NCBI GenBank assembly: GCA_021824345.1
Contig: JAKAKW010000004.1
Location: 11,019 to 75,018, forward strand
Direction of reading: 5' to 3'
Source of the DNA: a bacterium
GTDB lineage: Bacteria > Patescibacteriota > Minisyncoccia > Phycocordibacterales > UBA9973
DNA: 64,000 bases
Position numbers and translations under genes: made by a program. Below the pieces are notes generated by a model, which ran no database searches, was not told the origin of the DNA, and saw only the letters and a list, made by a program, of their open reading frames with translations. Shown here in pieces: positions 1 to 9,492 of the stretch. Position 1 is the first letter of the stretch. The number at the start of each line of letters is the position of its first letter.

Positions 1-1023
1 GACTATGTTTCCGAACTAGCATTCGGGGAGAATGGAGGAAACATGGACGAGATCCTGGACGAAGCGGAGCATAAGGTTTTCAGTATTGTTTCCTCCCCTA
101 TCAATCAGAAATTCATAACCATTAAGGATGCCTTGCCGGAAGCCTTTGAGCGCATAGAAAAATTGCACGAGCACAAGGGAGATATCCGCGGACTCTCCAC
201 CGGATTCCGCGATTTAGACAATACTCTTTCCGGCCTGCAGAATTCCGATTTGGTAATTTTGGCCGCCCGGCCTTCCATGGGAAAAACCACTTTGGCCTTG
301 GACATCGCCCGGCTGGCCGCCACCATACACAAGAAATCCGTCGGCATATTCTCTCTGGAAATGTCCGCCCAGCAATTGATTGATCGTATGCTTTCCGCCG
401 AATCTAGAGTGGATGCTTGGAAAATACGCACCGGGAAAAATCTGCATATTGAAAGCGACTTTGGACGCATCCGAGATGCCATGCATAGGCTTTCCCAATC
501 CAATATTTACATAGACGACCAGGCCGGAAACTCCATCATCCGAATGAAGGCGGCCGCCAGGCGCTGGAAGGCTGAAAAGGGCCTGGATCTCATCGTGGTG
601 GACTATCTCCAGCTCATGAGCACCTCCAAGAGCTATGACTCGATGGTGAACCAAGTTACGGATATTTCCCGCTCACTGAAAGCCCTGGCCAAGGAGCTGG
701 ACGTGCCGGTGCTCGCCCTTTCCCAGCTTTCTCGAGCGGTTGAGTCACGCGGAGGCAAGCCCAGGCTTTCAGACCTTCGCGATTCCGGATCAATTGAACA
801 GGATGCGGACGTGGTGATGTTCATTCATCGCCCGGACTTCGGCAAGGACGAATCGGAAAAGACGAACATCGCTGAAATCCTGATTGAAAAGCACCGCAAC
901 GGTCCGACCGGAAAAGTAGAGTTGTATTTTGACGAGAAGACCACCACTTTCCTGAATATTGAAAAAAGCAATTTGAACGAGTTCGCCGCTCCGAGCGCGG
1001 GCGCGGGGTTGGAAGAATTTTAA
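1..1023 (+). CDS. dnaB: Replicative DNA helicase (5'-truncated by window edge)
   Basis: Frame open from base 1; AARPSMGKT Walker A, VVDYLQL, LSQLSR, DLRDSGSIEQDAD, KHRNGPTG motifs. Confidence 0.97.
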   Translation, partial: DYVSELAFGENGGNMDEILDEAEHKVFSIVSSPINQKFITIKDALPEAFERIEKLHEHKGDIRGLSTGFRDLDNTLSGLQNSDLVILAARPSMGKTTLALDIARLAATIHKKSVGIFSLEMSAQQLIDRMLSAESRVDAWKIRTGKNLHIESDFGRIRDAMHRLSQSNIYIDDQAGNSIIRMKAAARRWKAEKGLDLIVVDYLQLMSTSKSYDSMVNQVTDISRSLKALAKELDVPVLALSQLSRAVESRGGKPRLSDLRDSGSIEQDADVVMFIHRPDFGKDESEKTNIAEILIEKHRNGPTGKVELYFDEKTTTFLNIEKSNLNEFAAPSAGAGLEEF

Positions 1024-1037
1024 ATACGTCGCAAGGG

Positions 1038-1075
1038 AGGGCCTTGCTTCCGAAAGGAAGCAAGGCCCTATTTTT
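1038..1075 (+). terminator. Rho-independent terminator after dnaB
   Basis: 14-bp stem agggccttgcttcc-GAAA-ggaagcaaggccct followed by T run; stem resembles half of palindrome family B. Confidence 0.7.
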
Positions 1076-1097
1076 ATGGTATGATATCCTTAATATC

Positions 1098-1775
1098 ATG
1101 GACACCGCGGACAAGCTGGCAGAAATATTCAAGGAGTTTCCGGGAATCGGAGAACGGCAGGCGCGCAGGTTCGTGTATTTCTTGATGGCCAGAAATCCCG
1201 CCTATGTGGAAGGCCTCGCCAAACTGCTTTCCGAACTAAAAAAGGAAACAAGGCGTTGCAAAGAATGCTTCCGCTTCTTTGCAGACAACCCGCGCCGTTC
1301 CCCCGCCGCAAAGAGCGTGGAAATCTGCGAATTGTGCTCCGATCCGAACGCGGACCCGGAGCTTCTAATGGTGGTTGAAAAAGATTCGGACCTTGAAAGC
1401 ATCCGAAAAAGCGGAACTTACGGAGGAAAATATTTCGTGCTGGGCGGGCTGGTGCCCATAGTGGAAAAGGATACTCCGAAATTCGTGCGGATAAAGGAGC
1501 TGAAGGAAAGAATGTCGAGAAAGTGGGAGGCCTTGCCTCCCACGGGTGGGAGGCAAGGCCTCCCACGGGGTAATTCCCTGAAAGAGGTAATCCTGGCCTT
1601 TTCCCTTTCCCCTCAGGGCGATCACACTGATTTTTACATAAGAAACGAGCTGAAGGAATCAGCGGAAAAATTCGGCATAAAAATTTCCTCGCTCGGCCGG
1701 GGGCTCTCCACAGGCACCGAGCTCGAATATTCTGACAATGATACAATAAAGAACGCGCTGAAGAACAGGCAGTAG
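1098..1775 (+). CDS. recR: Recombination mediator RecR, with in-frame palindromic insertion
   Basis: FPGIGERQARR HhH, CKEC..CELC zinc finger, VVEKDSD/YFVLGG Toprim, GTELEYSD; ATG at 1098 preferred over TTG at 1044. Confidence 0.95.
   Translation: MDTADKLAEIFKEFPGIGERQARRFVYFLMARNPAYVEGLAKLLSELKKETRRCKECFRFFADNPRRSPAAKSVEICELCSDPNADPELLMVVEKDSDLESIRKSGTYGGKYFVLGGLVPIVEKDTPKFVRIKELKERMSRKWEALPPTGGRQGLPRGNSLKEVILAFSLSPQGDHTDFYIRNELKESAEKFGIKISSLGRGLSTGTELEYSDNDTIKNALKNRQ
1523..1566. repeat. Inverted doublet of 21-nt palindrome (family B) inside recR
   Basis: gtgggaggccttgcctcccac (1523-1543) and its exact reverse complement (1546-1566); identical unit at 47697-47717. Confidence 0.9.
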
Positions 1776-1783
1776 CGCTGAAA

Positions 1784-3052
1784 ATGCTGGAACATATTTT
1801 AAGGAAGTTCAAGACTGATGACGTATCGCGCGGAGCCAAGGTTTTAACGGCCGCCACGGCCATCCGCTGGATAGGCTGGGGCTTTGCGGAAAACCTTATC
1901 CCGGTTTTTATTTTTTCCTTTTCGGCAAATTACGCTCAAGCCGGACTGCTGAAGTCGTCTTATGACCTCACTCTTATTTTAATCATGCCAATTCTCGGAA
2001 TCCTTGCCGATCGTTTTCGGGCATCCACTTTGATCCTGATCGGATATGCAATATACATTATCACCGGTTTCAGTTATCTTTTTGCCGGCATTACCGGTTT
2101 GGCTCTTTTTATCATCCTGGCGCGGGTATCCAACGCCTTCGGCTACGGCCTGGACGGAGTGGGCCGAGACGCATATTACCGGCGCAGTAATCCTCCTTCA
2201 AAGCTCGCCACCGTTTTCGGATATTTTGACAGCATCTCCAATTTCTGGTGGATAGCCGCTTCTCTGGTTGGAATATTTTTGCTGAAATATTTTTCCATAC
2301 CTTGGCTTTTGTTTATGATAGTGCCGACGGTTATGATTTCATTCTGGGTTGTATGGAAATGGAGGAAGAAAGGAGAAGAAGTGAAGACCGTCCCGGTCAA
2401 GCGAAAGCTGAATTACCGGGAGGTGCTCAAGGAGTTCGGGACTTGGAATTACGAGCTTCGGATGATCATGGTGCTGAATTTTTTCCTGATGATGAGCTGG
2501 GCGGTAATCGGATTTTTCCTGCCAATACAAATGTTTACCGAAGGGGCGGGTTATACCGTGATAATTCTGTTCGGGGTATTCACCACTGTTCCTTTTCTTT
2601 TCGGCCTGCTTTGGGGAAAATTTTTCGACAAAAAGGGGCCGCGGGTTTTCATATACGGCCTGCTTTCATACAGCGTACTTTTGTTCTTGCTGAGCGTATA
2701 CAAATCATATTTCCTTGTTATCACTTTCGCGACGCTCATCAGCATTATTCAGGAATTTGTATCCGTCGGAAAGGAAGAATTGATCACGGTTTATGCCGAC
2801 CCGGAGCACTTCGGCCGAGTGGACGGATTGATGCGCAGCGTCATGAATATGGGCACAATGATTGGACCGCTTCTTGCGGGAGTGATAATTGACGCTACCG
2901 GCGGAGAGAAAACTGTGTTTCTGGGACTATCAGCATGTATGATGATACTGACCTTGGGTTTTGCATTGGAAGGCAGGCGCCTGCATATGCGCAAGCTGAA
3001 GGCGGCAGCCTCTATTCCCGTCTTTCCTGAAAGCCGGGCGGGAGGAGAATAA
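1784..3052 (+). CDS. MFS transporter
   Basis: About 12 hydrophobic segments; GILADRF and GKFFDKKG MFS loop motifs. Confidence 0.85.
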   Translation: MLEHILRKFKTDDVSRGAKVLTAATAIRWIGWGFAENLIPVFIFSFSANYAQAGLLKSSYDLTLILIMPILGILADRFRASTLILIGYAIYIITGFSYLFAGITGLALFIILARVSNAFGYGLDGVGRDAYYRRSNPPSKLATVFGYFDSISNFWWIAASLVGIFLLKYFSIPWLLFMIVPTVMISFWVVWKWRKKGEEVKTVPVKRKLNYREVLKEFGTWNYELRMIMVLNFFLMMSWAVIGFFLPIQMFTEGAGYTVIILFGVFTTVPFLFGLLWGKFFDKKGPRVFIYGLLSYSVLLFLLSVYKSYFLVITFATLISIIQEFVSVGKEELITVYADPEHFGRVDGLMRSVMNMGTMIGPLLAGVIIDATGGEKTVFLGLSACMMILTLGFALEGRRLHMRKLKAAASIPVFPESRAGGE

Positions 3053-3100
3053 AATATATTTATCAAGAAAGGCATTCCGCCTGATTTACCGCACTCATAC

Positions 3101-3128
3101 AAAAAAATCCGGCTGGCCGGATTTTTTT
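3101..3128. terminator. Bidirectional terminator between MFS gene and rplU
   Basis: aaaaaaatccgg-ctgg-ccggattttttt between convergent genes. Confidence 0.75.
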
Positions 3129-3134
3129 GTATGT

Positions 3135-3473
3135 TTATTTAATAGAAGTAATCTTCACCTTGAAGTACGGCTGGCGGTGCTGATTGCGTTTCAGATAGCG
3201 GGACTTTTGCTTGTATTTCATCACCAGCACTTTTCTGGTGCGGCCTATTTCCGCAATTTCCGCCTCCACCTTCGCGCCATCAATATAGGGAGTGCCGATA
3301 GTGGTATTCTTTCCGTCGTCCACCAAGAGGACCTTGTCAAACAGCACTTTGTCCCCTTTCTTGTATTCCTCGTTTTTCGGCGAAGCGGAAGCCTTTATTT
3401 TTTCAATAGAAAAAACGTCCCCTTCCGAGACTTTGTACTGTTTTCCGCCCGTTTGTATGACCGCGAATTCCAT
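3135..3473 (-). CDS. rplU: 50S ribosomal protein L21
   Basis: FAVIQTGGKQYKVSEGD, IGTPYI, HRQPY. Confidence 0.96.
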   Translation of the reverse strand: MEFAVIQTGGKQYKVSEGDVFSIEKIKASASPKNEEYKKGDKVLFDKVLLVDDGKNTTIGTPYIDGAKVEAEIAEIGRTRKVLVMKYKQKSRYLKRNQHRQPYFKVKITSIK

Positions 3474-3530
3474 ACTTCGGATATTACCCTATACTTTGCA
3501 AAAAAGCAAGATTATCTATATAATTTCCTT

Positions 3531-4550
3531 ATGCACGGGAAAAACACTGAACGGTATTTTTTCTTCGGCCTGCTTGTGGCAACCGTCATTTTTACCTTTT
3601 TCATCTTCCAGCCCTTCTGGATAGTAATTGTCCTGGGCGCGTGCTTTGCGGTGGTCCTGCGGCCGGTTTACGAGATGTTCCGAAAAGTAAAGTTTCCGTC
3701 CTGGCTCTCTTCGCTCCTGACTGTAATTCTTTTTACCATACTGATTTGCGGACCGCTTTTCGGCCTATCCGTAATCATTTTCAACCAGTCCCAAAGCCTG
3801 TACAGCAGCCTGGTGCACGGCGGAGGAGCTTCTTTCCTAGATTCATTGAATCGCTCTATTCAGGAAGTCTTGCCGCATGGAGTAAATCTTGATTTGAACC
3901 AGAAAGCGAACGATCTTGTGGGAGTATTGTCCAATAATCTGGGAGAAATATTCAGTACCACCCTTTCCACCATTTTCTCGTTTATCCTCACCCTGCTCGC
4001 CGTTTTTTACTTTTTGAAAGACGGGGCGGAATGGAAAAGGTCCATTGTAAACTTAAGCCCCCTTTCGGACTCGGACAACCTTAAAATAATAGACAAGCTT
4101 TCACATGCCATAAAGGGAGTGATTCTTGGGTATCTTTTCGTAGCCGCGGTGCAAGGCACCCTCATGGGAATCGGTTTGACTATTTTCGGAGTTCCCAGCC
4201 CCGCCTTGTGGGGAGTTGTGGCGGCAATCGGATCCCTTACCCCCACCCTGGGTACCGCCATAGTTTCCATTCCCGCCGTAATTTATCTTCTGGCCACAGG
4301 GCACCCGGCCATGGCCATAGGGCTGGCCATCTGGTCCACTATCATAGTCGGAACCATAGACAACCTGCTGAACCCGTACATCGTGGGAAATCGCATCAAT
4401 ATTCCGCCATTCCTTATATTATTCTCGGTTCTGGGCGGAGCGGCCCTCCTCGGGCCGGTAGGCATTCTGATCGGCCCGCTTTCCGTAAGCTTGCTCTACA
4501 TACTTGTTTCCATTTATCGAGACGAGTTTCAAAAACAAAATGCCGATTAA
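3531..4550 (+). CDS. AI-2E family transporter
   Basis: FYFLKDG, DNLLNPYIVG, GILIGP motifs; ATG at 3531 follows TTGCAA..TATAAT; upstream ORF extension is antisense to rplU. Confidence 0.88.
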   Translation: MHGKNTERYFFFGLLVATVIFTFFIFQPFWIVIVLGACFAVVLRPVYEMFRKVKFPSWLSSLLTVILFTILICGPLFGLSVIIFNQSQSLYSSLVHGGGASFLDSLNRSIQEVLPHGVNLDLNQKANDLVGVLSNNLGEIFSTTLSTIFSFILTLLAVFYFLKDGAEWKRSIVNLSPLSDSDNLKIIDKLSHAIKGVILGYLFVAAVQGTLMGIGLTIFGVPSPALWGVVAAIGSLTPTLGTAIVSIPAVIYLLATGHPAMAIGLAIWSTIIVGTIDNLLNPYIVGNRINIPPFLILFSVLGGAALLGPVGILIGPLSVSLLYILVSIYRDEFQKQNAD

Positions 4551-5898
4551 ATTTTTCAACACCCTGGGGAGAAAGAAAGAAGTTTTTGAACCCATCGATC
4601 CGAAAGAGGTCCGAATGTACACCTGCGGACCTACGGTGTACAACTATCCGCACATAGGAAACTACCGAGCGTATACTTTCGCGGACATAATTAAGAGAGT
4701 TTTGACGTACGAGGGATACAAAGTGAAGCAGATAATGAACTTGACCGACGTGGACGACAAGACCATCCGCGACTCGCAGAAAGAAGGAAAACCCCTCAAG
4801 GAATTTACCGAGTTTTACACCGAGGAGTTTTACAAGGATGAAAAAATGATGAACATTCTCCCCGCCTCAAAATTTACCAGGGCAACCGATTTCATAAGGG
4901 AAATGGTTGAGATAATCCAAAAGCTGTTGGACAAGGGGTTGGCATACAAAAGCGAGGACGGAAGCATATATTTCGACATCAGAAAATTCAAAAATTACGG
5001 AAAATTGTCGGGCGCGGTACTGGCAGAACAGAAGGAAAATGCCTCCGGGCGAATAAAATCCGACGAGTATGAAAAAGACAACATGCAGGATTTCGCCTTG
5101 TGGAAAGCGTGGGATGAAGGCGACGGGAACGTGTTTTGGGAGACAAAGCTCGGCAAAGGCAGGCCGGGATGGCATATAGAATGTTCGGCTATGTCCATGG
5201 CGAACTTGGGCGAGCAGATTGATATTCATACCGGCGGAGTGGACAACATGTTTCCTCACCATGAAAACGAGATCGCCCAATCTGAAGGCGCCACCGGAAA
5301 AAGCCCTTTTGTGAAATACTGGATGCACAACGAGTGGGTCCTGGTAGACAAGAAAAAAATGGCCAAATCCTTTAAGAATTTTTATACCTTGAGGGATCTA
5401 TCGGAGAAAGGTATAAATCCTCTGGCCTATCGCTTATGGCTTTTAATGGCTCACTACAGAAGCAAGGCTAATTTCACCTGGGATGCCCTGGAAGGCGCGG
5501 AAACGGCCCTCAGTCGGCTATATAGACAATATTTGGACCTAGGCGAGGATAATGGTTCCGTCAACGAGGCATACAAGCAAAAATTCAAAGAATACCTTGA
5601 GGATGATCTGGATACGCCCAGAGCGCTTACGGTGGTTTGGGATCTTTTGAAGGACGAGAAAGTTTCCCCCGCCAACAAGCGCTCCACTTTGCTCGATTTT
5701 GATAAGGTACTTGGGCTCGGTTTGGCGGAACTGAAGGAAGAAGAGGTGCCGGATGAAATTACAAAACTGGCCAAAGAACGCGAGATTGCCCGCAAGAACA
5801 AGGACTTTAAAAAGTCGGACGATTTACGAGAGAAAATAAAACAGTTGGGCTACGAGGTAAAAGACATAGAAGGGGGATATAAAATAAGCAAGCTATAA
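4540..5898 (+). CDS. cysS: Cysteine--tRNA ligase
   Basis: YTCGPTVY, HIGN, GRPGWHIECSAM, FPHHENE, KMAKS. Confidence 0.97.
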   Translation: MPIKFFNTLGRKKEVFEPIDPKEVRMYTCGPTVYNYPHIGNYRAYTFADIIKRVLTYEGYKVKQIMNLTDVDDKTIRDSQKEGKPLKEFTEFYTEEFYKDEKMMNILPASKFTRATDFIREMVEIIQKLLDKGLAYKSEDGSIYFDIRKFKNYGKLSGAVLAEQKENASGRIKSDEYEKDNMQDFALWKAWDEGDGNVFWETKLGKGRPGWHIECSAMSMANLGEQIDIHTGGVDNMFPHHENEIAQSEGATGKSPFVKYWMHNEWVLVDKKKMAKSFKNFYTLRDLSEKGINPLAYRLWLLMAHYRSKANFTWDALEGAETALSRLYRQYLDLGEDNGSVNEAYKQKFKEYLEDDLDTPRALTVVWDLLKDEKVSPANKRSTLLDFDKVLGLGLAELKEEEVPDEITKLAKEREIARKNKDFKKSDDLREKIKQLGYEVKDIEGGYKISKL

Positions 5899-5903
5899 TA
5901 ATT

Positions 5904-6785
5904 ATGACCCAAGGAATAATAAACACAGAGAATATTGATGAGGCGGACGTTGTGCTCCTGGAAGCCCCGTATGAAAAAACGGCCTCCTCGCACAAAGGCA
6001 CCGCACAGGGACCTGAGAAGGTAACGGAGATGCTGGACACCCAGCTTGAATTTTTCAGCCGGAAATTCAAGACAAATGTCAATGAACATGTGAAGATTGC
6101 CAAAATGAACGCGGGCGACTTGGAAAAGCTTTCTCCCGAAGAAACTCTGGCCGTTGTCAAAAAGGCGTACTCGGAACTTTTAAAAAATGAAAAATTTGTT
6201 TTTCTTCTTGGAGGAGAGCATTCCGTTTCCATCGGCGCTTTTCAATCGCTCGCCGAGAAATACAAGCCTGAAGACGTGACCATACTGCAGATAGACGCGC
6301 ACTGCGATTTGCGCCAGGATGACAGCGATTACAGCGAGAACCCGTCTTCCCTCGCCCATTCCACCGTGATGAGGCATGCGAGCGGACTCGGATTTCCAAT
6401 CGTACAGGCCGGCATCCGCACCTATTCCAAAGAAGAATACGAGTATTTCAGCGATCCGAAAAACAAGGTCGCCGTTTTTGAATGGGAGCTTGAAAGAATT
6501 CCGGTGGAAAAGATATTGGACGCAATTAAAACTAAATATTTATACATTACGGTAGATGTGGACGGGTTTGATCCCGCTTATATGCCCGGCACCGGCACGC
6601 CGGTGCCGGGCGGCCTCGCCTGGTACTACGGCCTTGATTTGCTTGAGAAAGCAGCGGAAAAATGCGAGCTTATCGGCGCTGATATCGTGGAAGTTTCCCC
6701 ACAGCCTGATACCGTGCTCACCGAATACGGCGCAGCCGAACTCTGCTACCGCATCATCGCCGAAAAATTCAGAGACCGCTTTTAA
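5904..6785 (+). CDS. speB: Agmatinase / ureohydrolase family
   Basis: GGEHS, DAHCD, DVDGFDP..PGTGTPVPGGL, DIVEV motifs. Confidence 0.85.
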   Translation: MTQGIINTENIDEADVVLLEAPYEKTASSHKGTAQGPEKVTEMLDTQLEFFSRKFKTNVNEHVKIAKMNAGDLEKLSPEETLAVVKKAYSELLKNEKFVFLLGGEHSVSIGAFQSLAEKYKPEDVTILQIDAHCDLRQDDSDYSENPSSLAHSTVMRHASGLGFPIVQAGIRTYSKEEYEYFSDPKNKVAVFEWELERIPVEKILDAIKTKYLYITVDVDGFDPAYMPGTGTPVPGGLAWYYGLDLLEKAAEKCELIGADIVEVSPQPDTVLTEYGAAELCYRIIAEKFRDRF

Positions 6786-6790
6786 AAAAT

Positions 6791-7903
6791 CTAGATTCCT
6801 TCTTCTTTTAGTTTTTCCACCAGTTCTTTTTCTTTCCGAGAAAGCTTGTTCGGCATGTTTATATTAAGCTTAATAAGCAGGTCTCCCCGCTTCTTGCCCC
6901 CCATGGGGACTCCCTTGCCCTTTATCCGAAGAATTTCATTTATAGATACGCCCTCGGGAACTTTTACGCTGATCTTTCCGTCCAGGGCGTCAATCTCCCG
7001 TTCAGTGCCAAGCAGAGCGTCGGAAAGCTTCAGATCTAAATTCATTACAAGATTGTTTCCTTCACGCCTAAAAATCGGATGCGGAGCAACATTTATTTTT
7101 ACATACAGGTCTCCGGGTGTTCCTTTTGACACCGCTTCCCCCATGCCGGAAAGGCGCATCATTTCTCCGTCGCGGATTCCGGCCGGTATATTCAAGGATA
7201 TTTCCGTTTCATTGCGAACCACTCCGCTGCCTTTGCAGTCGGAGCATTTTTCCGCCGGGACTTTGCCGCTGCCGCCGCAATCTTCGCATACTTTTGTAGT
7301 GGAAAAAGCGCCCAGGAACGATCTTCTGGTTTCGTGAATTTTCCCCTGGCCGTTGCAATGCTTGCAAGTTTCCATCTTGGTCCCAGGCTTCCCGCCGGTT
7401 CCTTGGCAGGTTTTACAGACGGATGTCTTGGTCATCAAAAATTTCCTGGTAGTGCCGAAAACGGAATCGCTGAAAGTAATTTCCATCTCGGTGGAAATAT
7501 CCCTGCCTCTTTTGCTCCCGCCCCTCTGACGTCCCATTCCCCCGCCGAAAAATTCTCCGAAAATGTCATTCAAATTGCCAAAGTCGAATTCCACTCCTCC
7601 GTTGCCGAATCCGGCGTTCTGAAAACCGGAAAAATCAAAACCGCCGAAGCCTCCCGGCCCGTATTGGCCTCCGGCCTGCCCCTGGCGCATGTTTTCAAAA
7701 CCGGGCCCGAACTGATCGTAATTCTGCCGTTTCTGGTCATCGGAAAGCACCTGGTAGGCTTCGTTCACTTCTTTAAACTTGCTCTCATCTCCTCCCTTTT
7801 TGTCGGGATGGTATTTGTGCGCCAATTTGTAAAACGCTTTTTTGATATCGTCCTTGGAAGCGCTTTTTTCAACGCCTAAAATTTTGTAGTAATCTTTTCC
7901 CAT
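6791..7903 (-). CDS. dnaJ: Chaperone DnaJ
   Basis: J domain with HPD, G/F region, four CxxCxGxG repeats. Confidence 0.97.
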   Translation of the reverse strand: MGKDYYKILGVEKSASKDDIKKAFYKLAHKYHPDKKGGDESKFKEVNEAYQVLSDDQKRQNYDQFGPGFENMRQGQAGGQYGPGGFGGFDFSGFQNAGFGNGGVEFDFGNLNDIFGEFFGGGMGRQRGGSKRGRDISTEMEITFSDSVFGTTRKFLMTKTSVCKTCQGTGGKPGTKMETCKHCNGQGKIHETRRSFLGAFSTTKVCEDCGGSGKVPAEKCSDCKGSGVVRNETEISLNIPAGIRDGEMMRLSGMGEAVSKGTPGDLYVKINVAPHPIFRREGNNLVMNLDLKLSDALLGTEREIDALDGKISVKVPEGVSINEILRIKGKGVPMGGKKRGDLLIKLNINMPNKLSRKEKELVEKLKEEGI

Positions 7904-7941
7904 AGTGGAACTATTATACTTACGACCCGCTTGCGGTCAAG

Positions 7942-9393
7942 TTAGATCATAGGCTCGGCTTCCTGGACTGGTTTGACGGCCTCTCCGGGCTTTTTGCCTT
8001 CAATTATGGCCTTTTCCTCGGCGCTGCGTATAATGGTGGCCTCTTCCTCGGCAATAAGCTTGGCAGCATCTTCTTTGGATATGGTGTATTTCCGCCTGGA
8101 AGCTTCCACTATCTCATTCCTATACGACGGATGGGTGGGAGGCAGGACTTTCAGGGATTCCGCGGAGAAAGGGTCGTATGACTCGCCGTCTATGGTCATT
8201 TTTATGAAAAATTCGGTAATGGCCAGGTTGATCATGTCTTTGATGTCGAAGACGGGCGCAAACTCAGGCTTCATTTTTACCGCGTCCTCGCCGCCGATGC
8301 GGAAGGAAATAATGCTCCCGCAATTACCGAGTACGGCGTGATGCACCCGCTCAATGATCTGCCCCACGAATTGGTGGGCGATGGTAAGGCACAGGCCGTA
8401 TTTGCGCGCTTCCGACAGAATGTTTTCAAAAGTCTGGGTCACCACGTTCTGGAACTCGTCCACGTACAGATAGAAATCGGTGCGCTTGTCTTCCGGTATG
8501 CTCGCGCGTTCCATTCCAGCTTGCTTGATTTTGGTCAGGAAAATGGACCCAAGGAATGAAGAGTTTTCTTCGCCCAGCCGGCCTTTGGAAAGATTGATCA
8601 GAATTATTTTCTTTTCTTCCATCAGCTTATGAATATCAATTTTGTTCTGCTTCTGTCCGAAAATATTGCGCAGAAGCGGATCGGAAAGAAATTGTCCGAG
8701 CTTGTTCACCAGCGGGATGATGGCGTCGGTATCGAATTTTTCCGACCAGTCGGCGAATTCAATGGCAAAGAATCTTTTTACCATATCGTCGGTGATATAT
8801 TCCACCACTTTCTGGCGGTAGTTTCGGTCCGTGAGCATGGAAATCATTCCGCGCATGGTGGCATGCGGATAGTCCAGAAGCGCGAGGCAGGTAAAGCGGA
8901 AGACGTGCTCCAAGCGCGGGGTCCAACTGGCTCCGAACTGCTTTTGAAAGACTTCTATCAGTCCCTGGGTCAATTGGAACTTGAACATCGGATCCACGTT
9001 TTGCAGAGGATTAAAGGAAGCAGGGTGTTCAAGATCGGTCGGATCAATAATGCATACGTCTTCCATGCGCTCTTTGGGGATATAGTCCAGCATGGCTTCT
9101 ATGACGTCTCCGTGCGGGTCAATAAGGCACAGGCCGTGGCCATAAGTCACGTCCTGGCGCAAAAGGAGCTCCATGAGCTTGGTCTTCCCAACTCCGGATT
9201 TGCCGATGATATAAAGATGCCGCCTGCGGTCTACTCGCTTGATGCCGAAAATAAATTTCTTCTCTTCAAGCGCGGCCACGTAATTGGTACGCCCTATAAA
9301 GGAAACTTCAGCCGGATCAATCCTGCCAAATACCGGGAGCTCCGGCGGCGGGGGGGCGTATTTGATTATCTGTACTCGATTGCCTCTGGGCAT
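7942..9393 (-). CDS. VirD4/TraD-like (type IV coupling-protein family) ATPase, no N-terminal TM
   Basis: DRRRHLYIIGKSGVGKT Walker A, IDPHGD, LYVDEFQ Walker B, SEARKY. Confidence 0.85.
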   Translation of the reverse strand: MPRGNRVQIIKYAPPPPELPVFGRIDPAEVSFIGRTNYVAALEEKKFIFGIKRVDRRRHLYIIGKSGVGKTKLMELLLRQDVTYGHGLCLIDPHGDVIEAMLDYIPKERMEDVCIIDPTDLEHPASFNPLQNVDPMFKFQLTQGLIEVFQKQFGASWTPRLEHVFRFTCLALLDYPHATMRGMISMLTDRNYRQKVVEYITDDMVKRFFAIEFADWSEKFDTDAIIPLVNKLGQFLSDPLLRNIFGQKQNKIDIHKLMEEKKIILINLSKGRLGEENSSFLGSIFLTKIKQAGMERASIPEDKRTDFYLYVDEFQNVVTQTFENILSEARKYGLCLTIAHQFVGQIIERVHHAVLGNCGSIISFRIGGEDAVKMKPEFAPVFDIKDMINLAITEFFIKMTIDGESYDPFSAESLKVLPPTHPSYRNEIVEASRRKYTISKEDAAKLIAEEEATIIRSAEEKAIIEGKKPGEAVKPVQEAEPMI

Positions 9394-9429
9394 ATAATCT
9401 TATTTTACCATTATTCCCATTATTTTTAT

Positions 9430-9454
9430 AGGGCGGAGGGTTACCCTCAGCCCT
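9430..9454. repeat. Palindrome family A copy
   Basis: agggcggaggg-tta-ccctcagccct (one mismatch). Confidence 0.8.
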
Positions 9455-9492
9455 TACCTTTCTACCTCAAAGTCTGCTTAGTTTTGCCGAAA

